Shown piece by piece: positions 22,108 to 33,000 of a DNA stretch of 64,000 bases. Both the position numbers and the translations under genes were made by a program. A model generated the notes under the pieces. That model did not search any database and was not told where the DNA came from. It saw only the letters and a list, made by a program, of their open reading frames with translations. Position 1 is the first letter of the stretch; each line of letters opens with the position of its first letter. This DNA comes from Macrostomum lignano (lineage: Eukaryota), in contig NIVC01001521.1 of NCBI GenBank assembly GCA_002269645.1, positions 62,001 through 126,000 on the forward strand, read 5' to 3'.

Positions 22108-24473
22108 TAGAGTCTGTCTTAGTGTCCAAGTGTCTGTCTCACCGCCTGTCTCAGTGTCTGTCAGCAGATCAAAGCAACAGTGCAATCAAGCCAGCCAGAG
22201 AACTGCAAGCATGGACAACAAGCTCATGGACCATCAAATCAATTGAGCATCATTTGGGCCAGTGTATACCAGAAGTTGTGAACTTAGATGAGCATATATA
22301 CCCATAACATGTTTTTATTTATTAAACAACGTCACAGACACCGCTGCATACCTGCTAATAAGACACGAGCTAAAGATGCAATGCTTATTTCAATATCTTA
22401 GCACCGCGTCTACCAGACTGGGGGGGGGGCAACCACAGCTACAAGCCTTGCTTTGTTATGAAAAAAAGAAAATAAATTCAAATCGCCTACACAATGAGAG
22501 AGGGGGACTGCAGAACTGTGGGGTGGGCACTGATGAGGCTGAGAAGCTGAGAGCAGTGCGGGCCGAGCACACAGAGAGAGGGGGTTACAGAAAATTTGAA
22601 GAACACGGCACCTTCGGAGTCTGTGCCCGATCTTCATCACTCTCTGTACAGACTCCCCCATTTTTACTGTAAGAAGGCTCCAGTTTTTTACTGTAGCCAA
22701 GCCTGCTGAAAATAATTATATGCAGCTCTTAAAAATACTGCGATGCCGACGCTCCGGGTGTGCCATGGCTGTGGTGTAAACTTCTTCTGGTGTAATATAA
22801 GTTTTATTTGCGCCTGTCTGTCCTGTCTTGTCTGTCCTGTCCTGTCTGTCCTGTCTGTTTTGTCATGTCTGTTCTGTCCTGTCTGTCTGTCTGTCTGTTC
22901 TGTCCTCTCTGTCTGTCTGTCTTTTCTGTCCTCTCTGTTCAGTCCTGTCTGTTCTGTCTGTTCTGTCCTCTCTGTCTGTCTGTCTTTTCTGTCCTCTCTG
23001 TTCAGTCCTGTCTGTTCTGTCTGTTCTGTCCTCTCTGTCTGTCTGTCTTTTCTGTCCTCTCTGTTCAGTCCTGTCTGTTCTGTCCTGTCTGTCTTGTCTG
23101 TTTTTTCCTTTCTGTTCTGTTCTGTCTATTCTGTTCTGTTCTGTCCTTTCTGCCTATTCTGTTCTGTCCTGTCTGTTCTGTATGTTCTGTCCTGTCTGTT
23201 ATGTCCTCTCTGTCTGTTCTGTTCTGTCTGTTCTGTCCTGTCTGTTCTGAAATGTTGGTTCTGTCTGTTCTGTCCTGTCTGACTGTTCTGTCCTCTCTGT
23301 CTGTTCTGTCCTGTCTGTTCTGTTGTGTTCTGTCTGTTACTGTAATGTACCCCCAGTTCTGAAACAGAAAACTTATTTCCTAAATGTCTATCTGTTTGAA
23401 CTGAGGCATTATATATCACGGTAAGAAATATTGAACTGTATTTGCTGCCCAATAAAACCACTGGTCTTCTCAGCTTGCAACCCGAATAATCACAGACTCT
23501 CGCAGAGTGAAATTATAGTTGTCAGGCTTTCGACACACAGGAAATTGAGTGTTGAAGTATGCAGAAGATGCGCTATAGCCGATGTATGATCTATGACTGA
23601 TGACTCACCTGGTGGACAGGTGCAAGATGGAGACTCGACAGCGCTGCGCCGCTTCCTAATGCTGGGTTGATATGATTCCTGCAAATGTGTTGGTTGGATA
23701 ACTAACTGCAGACTGATAACATTCCAGCGAAAATATTGTGAGATTAGACTGACAGTAGTTTGAGATTAGAGTGACTAGAGTGTGAGATTAGAGTGACTAG
23801 AGTGTGAGATTTGAGTGACGAGAGTGTGAGATTAGAGTGACTAGTGTGTGAGATTTGAGTGACGAGAGTGTGAGATTAGAGTGACTAGAGTGTGAGATTT
23901 GAGTGACGAGAGGGTGAGATTAGAGTGACGAGAGTTTGAGATTAGAGCGACGAGAGTGTGAGATTAGAGTGACAAGAGTGAGATTAGAGTGAAACAGTAA
24001 CGAGAGTGTAAGATTAGAGTGACAGAGTGACGAGTGTAAGATTAGAGTGACCAGAGTGAGAGAATAGAGTAAGATTGGGAACATTGAAAGTAACAGTGAG
24101 ATCTTTACAGTTGTCAGATTAAAGCGACTAAGCGGAATGGTAACGCACAAATTGTCTTGCGTCTCACCTTGGCTCCAGCCGCAGTCTCCTTCAGCGGAGC
24201 ACTCAGCTTCATCTCTTCCAGACTCCTCTCCAGCATCTCCAAGCGCTGCTGAATCAGCTCCATCTTGTCGCAGCATCCCGGATGCCGCTGCTCAGACGCA
24301 ATCGATTGCGGCGAACGCGCAATAAAAACAGCAAAAAGAGCGGCGTTTAGTAGCAGAGCTAGAAAAAGCAGACAAAAGCACCACTTCTGCTGACAGAAGA
24401 CTTTGCTCAGCGAATTACTGTTACGCCATGCTGGCAATTTAACGTCATTTCTGTCATCTGGAAGCTGCTCCAT
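10447..24473 (-). CDS. Type II transmembrane collagen with interrupted triple helices (MACIT; collagen XIII/XXIII/XXV-like)
   Basis: GT-AG, phase-consistent exons: 24168-24473 (cytoplasmic N-term, [21 protein letters not shown], coiled coil), 23609-23678 (furin RKRR, CTCPPG), 20900-20925, [small exons, see findings], 17725-17805, 15869-15943, 15702-15773, 15530-15610, 14649-14690, 14474-14569, 13649-13684, 12512-12538, 12360-12386, 12186-12248, 11267-11356 ([14 protein letters not shown], like the MACIT C-terminal CxxGxDGxPxxxC motif) and 10447-10884. Gly-X-Y runs are interrupted by non-collagenous segments. Confidence 0.9.
11421..12058. repeat. 23-bp minisatellite GTCGCTAAACCTTGGTCCTTTGT
   Basis: About 27 tandem units in a collagen intron. 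Confidence 0.95.
12795..13380. repeat. 20-bp then 48-bp minisatellite (GATTCACTCCCTCAAAACCACAAAAACTCACTCTCCAAGTCACTCCAT)
   Basis: Visible units; the 48-bp period explains the repetitive ORFs at 13040-13447. Confidence 0.95.
13930..14445. repeat. 16-bp minisatellite TAAATCTCACCCTGCC
   Basis: Visible tandem units ending ~30 bp from the collagen donor at 14473. Confidence 0.95.
14770..15520. repeat. 16-bp minisatellite TCACTCTATCACACTG
   Basis: Visible tandem units filling most of the intron between exons 14649-14690 and 15530-15610. Confidence 0.95.
16260..16416. repeat. (GATA)n microsatellite
   Basis: About 39 nearly pure GATA units. Confidence 0.98.
16890..17360. repeat. Pyrimidine-rich low-complexity/minisatellite (CTCTCT/CTACTCT)
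   Basis: Visible C/T-rich tract with internal duplications. Confidence 0.85.
17996..18625. repeat. 12-bp minisatellite GAGACAGACACT
   Basis: Visible tandem units; source of the SVSV/LRQT ORFs. Confidence 0.95.
20055..20730. repeat. 12-bp minisatellite AAGACAGACACT
   Basis: Same family as 17996-18625; includes a duplicated GTCCCTAATCCCTAAGGCAGG interruption near 20123 and 20598. Confidence 0.95.
21818..22160. repeat. (TCTG)n microsatellite
   Basis: Long TCTG run with TTTTAGTG interruptions. Confidence 0.97.
22815..23340. repeat. TCTG/TCTGT-derived degenerate minisatellite
   Basis: Visible units with ~60-bp internal duplications. Confidence 0.9.
23760..24075. repeat. 22-bp minisatellite GAGATTAGAGTGACTAGAGTGT
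   Basis: Tandem units in collagen intron 1. Confidence 0.92.
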
Positions 24474-24855
24474 CTTCCAGGTCAAACAGCGGACAACTAT
24501 AAAATTGAATTCGCTCCGTGTGCTTGTTATTTTTTGTTCTAATCGGTGTAGCGATGAAATCTGTGCGACACCTCTGCGTGGCACTGGCTTGCATGCCTTT
24601 AGATTTTACTGCATCTGCCAGGCCCAGTGAAAACTGAAAGCTTGGCTACGATTGGCTGAGAGCGGCTCAACCAATGGGGTTGAGTTTGTGCTTTGCCCGA
24701 CTATAAAGCAACTTTGTTTCATAGTTGCTTGCGTTGAGAACATTGCGTAGCACTACTGACGAGTAGTGCAAGTTTACTTTCTATCTGTTTGCTGTTTGCT
24801 TTCTATTGATTAATTTTACGATGCAAAAATTATGAAACTGGGAGGGCAGCATAGC

Positions 24856-27800
24856 TACTGAGGATCTGGGAGGCTGGCCAGGCAACTGATGAGGATCTGG
24901 GAGGCTGGCCAGGCAACTGATGAGGATCTGGGAGGCTGGCCAGGCAACTGATGAGGATCTGGGAGGCTGGCCAGGCAACTGATGAGGATCTGGGAGGCTG
25001 GCCAGGCAACTGATGAGGATCTGGGAGGCTGGCCAGGCAACTGATGATGATCTGGGAGGTTGGCCAGGCAACTGATGTCGATGAGAATCTGGGATGCTGT
25101 GGCTCAGCAACTGAGGATCTGGGATGCTGTGGCCCAGCAACTGAGGATCTGGGAGGCTGGCTCAGCAACTGAAGATCTGGGAGGCTGGCCTAGCAACTGA
25201 GGATCTGGGAGGCTGGCCAACCAACTGAGGATCTGGGAGGCTGACCCAGCAACAGGATCTGGGAGGCTGACCCAACAACTGAGGATCTGGGAGGCTGGTC
25301 CCGCAACTGAGGATCTGGGAGGCTGGCCCAGCAACTGATGAGGATCTGGGAGGCTGGCCAGGCAACTGAGGATCTGAGAGGCTGGCCTAGCAACTGATGA
25401 GGATCTGAAAGGCTGGTCCAGCAACTGAGGATCTGGCAGGCTGGTTGCCTAGCAACTGAGGATCTTGGAGGCTGGCCCAGCAACTGAGGATCTGGGATGC
25501 TGTGGCTCAGCAACTGAGGATCTAGGAGGCTGGTCCAGCAACTGAGGATCTGGGAAGCTGGCCTAGCAACTGATGAGGATCTGAAAGGCTGGCCCAGCAA
25601 CTGAGAATCTGGGAGGCTGGCCCAGCAACTGAGAATCTGGGAGACTGGCCAAGCAACTGAGGATCTGGGAGGCTGGCCTAGCAACTGATGAGGATCTGAG
25701 AGGCTGGCCAGGCAACTGAGGATCTGGGAGGCTGGCCTAGCAACTGATGAGGATCTGAAAGGCTGGTCCAGCAACTGAGGATCTGGGAGGCTGACCCAGC
25801 AACTGAGGATCTGGGAGGCTGGCCCAGCAACTGAGGATCTGGGAGGCTGGCCTAGCAACTGATGAGGATCTGAAAGGCTGGTCCAGCAACTGAGGATCTG
25901 GGAGGCTGGCCCAGCAACTGAGGATCTGGGATGCTGTGGCTCAGCAACTGAGGATCTAGGAGGCTGGTCCAGCAACTGAGGATCTGGGAGGCTGGCCTAG
26001 CAACTGATGAGGATCTGAAAGGCTGGCCCAGCAACTGAGAATCTGGGAGGCTGGCCCAGCAACTGAGAATCTGGGAGACTGGCCAAGCAACTGAGGATCT
26101 GGGAGGCTGGCCCAGCAACTGATGAGGATCTGGGAGGCTGGCCAGGCAACTGAGGATCTGGGAGGCTGGCCTAGCAACTGATGAGGATCTGAAAGGCTGG
26201 TCCAGCAACTGAGGATCTGGGAGGCTGACCCAGCAACTGAGGATCTGGGAGGCTGGCCCAGCAACTGAGGATCTGGGAGGCTGGCCAGGCAACTGATGAG
26301 GATCTGGGAGGCTGGCCAGGCAACTGATGATGATCTGGGAGGTTGGCCAGGCAACTGATGTCGATGAGAATCTGGGATGCTGTGGCTCAGCAACTGAGGA
26401 TCTGGGATGCTGTGGCCCAGCAACTGAGGATCTGGGAGGCTGGCTCAGCAACTGAGGATCTGGGAGGCTGGCCAACCAACTGAGGATCTGGGAGGCTGAC
26501 CCAGCAACTGAGGATCTGGGAGGCTGACCCAACAACTGAGGATCTGGGAGGCTGGTCCCGCAACTGAGGATCTGGGAGGCTGGCCCAGCAACTGATGAGG
26601 ATCTGGGAGGCTGGCCAGGCAACTGAGGATCTGAGAGGCTGGCCTAGCAACTGATGAGGATCTGAAAGGCTGGTCCAGCAACTGAGGATCTGGCAGGCTG
26701 GTTGCCTAGCAACTGAGGATCTTGGAGGCTGGCCCAGCAACTGAGGATCTGGGATGCTGTGGCTCAGCAACTGAGGATCTAGGAGGCTGGTCCAGCAACT
26801 GAGGATCTGGGAAGCTGGCCTAGCAACTGATGAGGATCTGAAAGGCTGGCCCAGCAACTGAGAATCTGGGAGGCTGGCCCAGCAACTGAGAATCTGGGAG
26901 ACTGGCCAAGCAACTGAGGATCTGGGAGGCTGGCCTAGCAACTGATGAGGATCTGGGAGGCTGGCCAGGCAACTGAGGATCTGGGAGGCTGGCCTAGCAA
27001 CTGATGAGGATCTGAAAGGCTGGTCCAGCAACTGAGGATCTGGGAGGCTGACCCAGCAACTGAGGATCTGGGAGGCTGGCCCAGCAACTGAGGATCTGGG
27101 AGGCTGGCCTAGCAACTGATGAGGATCTGAAAGGCTGGTCCAGCAACTGAGGATCTGGGAGGCTGGCCCAGCAACTGAGGATCTGGGATGCTGTGGCTCA
27201 GCAACTGAGGATCTAGGAGGCTGGTCCAGCAACTGAGGATCTGGGAGGCTGGCCTAGCAACTGATGAGGATCTGGGAGGCTGGCCAGGCAACTGAGGATC
27301 TGGGAGGCTGGCCCAGCAACTGAGAATCTGGGAGACTGGCCAAGCAACTGAGGATCTGGGAGGCTGGCCCAGCAACTGATGAGGATCTGGGAGGCTGGCC
27401 AGGCAACTGAGGATCTGGGAGGCTGGCCTAGCAACTGATGAGGATCTGAAAGGCTGGTCCAGCAACTGAGGATCTGGGAGGCTGACCCAGCAACTGAGGA
27501 TCTGGGAGGCTGGCCCAGCAACTGAGGATCTGGGAGGCTGGCCTAGCAACTGATGAGGATCTGAAAGGCTGGTCCAGCAACTGAGGATCTGGGAGGCTGG
27601 CCCAGCAACTGAGGATCTGGGATGCTGTGGCTCAGCAACTGAGGATCTAGGAGGCTGGTCCAGCAACTGAGGATCTGGGAGGCTGGCCTAGCAACTGATG
27701 AGGATCTGGGAGGCTGGCCAGGCAACTGAGGATCTGGGAGGCTGGCCCAGCAACTGAGAATCTGGGAGACTGGCCAAGCAACTGAGGATCTGGGAGGCTG

Positions 27801-28622
27801 GCCTAGCAACTGATGAGGATCTGGGAGGCTGGCTAGGCAACTGAGGATCTGGGAGGCTGGCCTAGCAACTGATGAGGATCTGAAAGGCTGGTCCAGCAAC
27901 TGAGGATCTGGGAGGCTGACCCAGCAACTGAGGATCTGGGAGGCTGGCCCAGCAACTGAGGATCTGGGAGGCTGGCCTAGCAACTGATGAGGATCTGAAA
28001 GGCTGGTCCAGCAACTGAGGATCTGGGAGGCTGGCCCAGGAACTGAGGATCTGGGAGGCTGGCCCAGGAACTGAGGATCTGGGAGGCTGGCCCAGCAACT
28101 GAGGATCTGGGAGGCTGGCCCAACAACTGAGGATCTGGGAGGCTGGCCTAGCAACTGATGAGGATCTGAAAGGCTGGTCCAGCAACTGAGGATCTGGGAG
28201 GCTGGCCCAGGAACTGAGGATCTGGGAGGCTGGCCCAGGAACTGAGGATCTGGGAGGCTGGCCCAGCAACTGAGGATCTGGGAGGCTGGCCCAGGAACTG
28301 AGGATCTGAAAGGCTGGTCCAGCAACTGAGGATCTGGGAGGCTGACCCAGCAACTGAGGATCTGGGAGGCTGGCCCAGCAACTGAGGATCTGGGAGGCTG
28401 GCCTAGCAACTGATGAGGATCTGAAAGGCTGGTCCAGCAACTGAGGATCTGGGAGGCTGGCCCAGGAACTGAGGATCTGGGAGGCTGGCCCAGGAACTGA
28501 GGATCTGGGAGGCTGGCCCAGGAACTGAGGATCTGGGAGGCTGGCCCAGGAACTGAGGATCTGGGAGGCTGGCCCAGGAACTGAGGATCTGGGAGGCTGG
28601 CCCAGGAACTGAGGATCTGGGA
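24856..28622. repeat. 3.8-kb minisatellite of 28/31-bp units GAGGATCTGGGAGGCTGGCCCAGCAACT(GAT) with higher-order repeats
   Basis: Visible tandem units. The minus strand of the 28-mer has no stop in any frame, which explains the many PQLLGQPPRSS ORFs. Confidence 0.97.
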
Positions 28623-30045
28623 ATGGAAATGGAAAATAAAAAAAACAGTGTTTTGCACATAAAAAAATTTTGAAGCAGTCTGGCAGAAGCACAATTCATA
28701 TTATATAAATATGTATAGGTATATTATAAATACTTATTACAGATAAATTAGGAAACCAGGTTCAAGATCAACAAGAGACAGAGAGGCAGAGAGCAGTGGG
28801 GTGCCGGGGTTCGAGTTAGGATGAAGTGATATTGTCGGATCCAAAAGTGGCTATCGGCCCAAGGTGGAGCTCAGAAGCGGTAGTGCACGCAGTGGAAAGC
28901 AGAGAAGTGCGCGAACAAACAGCAAAAAAGCGGGAAATAGGGGAGGGTAGACAAGATGGAAATTCGGAGAGAAAAGTTTTTGATTTAACAATTAACAACT
29001 TCTTGTTTAGCTTTCTAAATAATATAAAAAGTCACGGCAAACGCAGACTAACGCACAAACAAAACAAAACAACAGTTCTAAAGGAAACTTTTATTTAGAA
29101 TGACAAAAGGTTATTTTTAATTTTAAAAACACAAAACAGATAAAGCCAATTGGGCTTTCAGAAAAAAAGCTGAATAAATAATTTTGAAGCGCAAAATTCA
29201 TATTTTTGAGTTCTACTATACTACTATTACTACTGAAGATACAAGTAGCATAACAAGCGTTTTTCTAGCAGCGATTTAAAAAACAAACAGCACACGTTTT
29301 TTCACCTTGCGATTTCTAGTTGGATAAGTGATGGACTTTGAGAATTGGGATTTGAGAAAGAGGGGATCAAGTAGAAGATTGACAGACATAAGAAAGAATT
29401 AGCCATCATTATAGGATCTACTTTGCCGATATGTATCGAAAACACAGGAATTTACACCGGTCAACAATTAAGGAAGCTAATGATATTGTCAACTGGCACT
29501 GCTAAGGTCGAGGACCGGTTGAGCATTAATATCTTCTCATTTCAAGTGCGTTAACTCTGTCCTGTTGTCACTGCAATTCTCTTATTAATTTATTAGTTAA
29601 TTAATGTCAACGCGCAGTCTGTACAGTTTTTACTGGCACAAGTGAGCACAGATGAGCACAGGAAAAACACGAGATGATAAAATAAGCATAGAGACAGACA
29701 GATAGAAAAAAACAAACAAGCAAAAAAAGACAACAAACAAACTGTGGAGCTGAGCTCTGAGTAGTGTGGTCAGTTAGTTTCTACCCAAAAAACAGAGAAA
29801 TATATCAGCTGTAGTAAAAATCAATAAACTCAAAATTGGTCACGCGCAATAGGGCTTCAAATGGAGTTCATTAGCTAGGGCTTGTGACAGAGTCAATAGG
29901 CACGGCTTGGTGACAACTCACTGGGACACGGTGGGGTGGGGGGGCTGAGCATACAATGGAGCATCTGGGATTTGGGGCAAGCACCAACAAAACTGAAAAC
30001 ACTTCAGACAAATATAAGCTAGCAGTTTAAACTGCAAACGTGGCA

Positions 30046-33000
30046 TTAAGAATTTTGGTAAGGAGGCGGCTGCTGCTGCTGCTGCTGCTGCTGAGGAAGA
30101 GGAGCAGGAGGTCGCGAGTTCGAACCTAGGCCACCGCGACCGCCGTTCCGACCGTAAGGTGGTCTGCCGCCGCCTCTGTGGCCTCTCATACTGGGCATGG
30201 GAGCCTGCTGCTGCTGCTGTTGCTGCAGAGGCAGCTGGCTTTGCGAATAGGCTCGACCACCTCGCTGAAGCCTGCCAGTAGGAGGAACTGGATGCTGCAT
30301 CATCTGAGGAGGCTGCGCCTGTTGTTGCTGCTGGAACGGAGGCGGCGGCGGTGGCGGTGGGGAAGCCAGCTGATGAGGATAGGGAGGCTGATAAGGCATA
30401 GCTGGCAGATGCTGATAGTACAGCTGCTGGTCACCAGGTACAGACCAGGTGCTCTGATCACCGGGTGTGCCGGTGGGAGCGTAGGCCTGTTGCTGCTGCT
30501 GCTGATGGTGGGCGTTGGAGCTGGGCCCGTAGCCTCCGCTTGCGGCCCACGGAGCGCCAGCTGGCGGGATGCCCTGTGAAGACAGAAGAGCATTGGTGAA
30601 TGGGAATTGTGAATGGCGAATGTAAATCGCGAATGGTTGAATAGGGATCGTGAATAGCCGAATAAGGACTGTGAATGACTTAATGTAAATCGCAAACGGC
30701 TGATTGGGAATTGAGAATGGCTAAATGAGGATCGTGAATGGCTGAATGGGGATCGTGAATAACTAAATGAGGATTGTGATTGGCTGAATGAAATCGTGAA
30801 CGGCTGAATGGGGAATTGTCCCTCTGGTAAATAAACCAGATAACACCACAAGATAACATTCGCTCAAACAAGATAACATGCCCTATTCCGGTTATGCAAA
30901 ATGTTATCTTGTATGAATCTTGTTTGCGTGACGAAATCTTACGTTTCCTTGTTTCAAACAAGATTCAAAAAGGATTTGCTGACCAGATAACAGTCGGGTA
31001 ATTCATGCGAATCCTGCAGGGAAACACCGTGTTATCCTGTTTGTTATCTTGTTTGTTATCCTGTCTGGCAAACAGGATTCGTTGACAAGGTAACAGTCGG
31101 GTAATTCATGCGAATCCTGCAGGGAAACATCGTGTTATCCTGTTTGTTATCTTGTTTGTTATCCTGTCTGGCAAACAGGATTCGTTGACAAGGTAACAGT
31201 CGGGTAATTCATGCGAATCCTGCAGGGAAACATAAGAATGCAATAGTTTGTCGGAGAGCCAACAAAGCTATCACCTGCAGGGAGGGTGGGCACGGCCTCA
31301 CATTACGAGCGCTAGCGTTTGCTGATATATGGCACTTTACCCCTCGCAGGTCAGCTCATCAGCTGCCTTGAGCCACAACAGAAGCGAGGATTGATTTCCA
31401 TCGCAGGTCAGCTTATAAAAGCTGCCTTGAGCCACACTAGAATTGAGGATTGATTATCCATCTCAGGTCAGCTTATAAAAGCTGCCTTGAGCCACAACAG
31501 AAGCGAGGATTGATTTCCATCGCAGGTCAGCTTATAAAAGCTGCCTTGAGCCACAACAGAAGCGAGGATTGATTTCCATCGCAGGTCAGCTTATAAAAGC
31601 TGCCTTGAGCCACACCAGAAGCGAGGATTTATTATCCATCGCAGGTCAGCATAGGAGCTGCCTTGAGCCACAACAGACGCGAAGACCAGTCTTATCCATA
31701 ACTTCATCGAGATTCGAGTCCATGGGAGCTGATTCCTGTGGATTTGCCGAATCACTTGGTCTAGATAACTGAGGAATTCCGACTGAACTCCTGAAATCCC
31801 ATTCAGAACATTTTCATTTGGAAAACCTGAAATTTGGGTCTACAATCAGAATTTAGCAGTGTTGAACAATGAAAAATTTTGGAAAATGCAGCCGGAACAG
31901 CTTTCCTTTTTCCCGAACTTTTGCAGGATCACATTTCCGGAAAAAGGGGCTATTCCGGGCCAAAAATGCTGATCCGGGCCTTCACTTGGAAATCAATTAA
32001 TAAATCGGGTCTGGATCACGAAATTCTGGAAAAAATTCTGGGTGAAAAGTACAACGGGGTCTTACAGACCGGATAACACATCTTGATTGAAATATTTTCC
32101 ATTATCTGGTTTGCAAACCAGATTCGCATCATGTTATCCGGTAAATTTCAGATTCACACAGGTTTCTTACAGACTAGATGACACACAGTTATCTCGATTT
32201 AAATCTTGTACTGTTATCTGTTTTTCAAACAAGATTCACGCCATGTTATCCTGCGAAATTCCGATTCAAACAAGATTCAATCAAACAAGATAACAAAGAA
32301 TTATCTGGTGGCGAATCTTGTACTGTTATCTGTCTTTCAAACAAGATTCGCGCCATGTTATCCTGCGAATTTCAGATAACTCACCAGATAACAGTCAAAG
32401 AAGAAAACAAAAAATTACCTGGTGGCGAATCTTGTCGTGTAATCTGATTACTCAGCAAGATTCGGGCCATGTTATCTGGTGAAATTCAGATAACTCACCA
32501 GATAACAGACAAATCAGATAACACTAAAATTACCTGGTGACGAATCTGGTGGTTTCACCAGTTTCGCACCTCAAACAAGGAAATCGGTAGTGAATCTGAC
32601 AAGATTCGCAAATTATCTTGTGGTGTTATCTGTTTTATTTACCAGAGGGGTGAATGGCTAAAAGAGGATCGTGAATAGCTGAAAAGGATCGTGAATAGCT
32701 GAAAAGGATCGTGAATAGCTGAAAAGGATCGTGAATAGCTGAAAAGGATCGTGAATAGCTGAAAAGGATCGTGAATAGCTGAAAAGGATCGTGAATAGCT
32801 GAAAAGGATCGTGAATAGCTGAATGGGGATCGTGAACAAGAGCGGACAACAAACAAATGTCTCACATGATATCCGGGATGGTGCTGGGACTGGTGTTGGG
32901 AATAGAACCCTGGCTGGTAGGCAGCCTGAGGATGATGGTGCGGGTAGGCGGCAGCCGCAGGCGGTGGCATTGGCGGCATGCCGGTGTTTCGCATTCGCCG

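Noticed and set aside
17935-23461. SVSV/LRQT/TDRQ/CLSV ORFs
   Set aside because: Translations of 12-bp and 4-bp repeats in collagen introns.
24781-28699. Many long overlapping minus-strand ORFs (up to 383 aa, PQLLGQPPRSS…)
   Set aside because: The 28-bp unit lacks stops in all three minus frames, so the ORFs are a by-product of the minisatellite.
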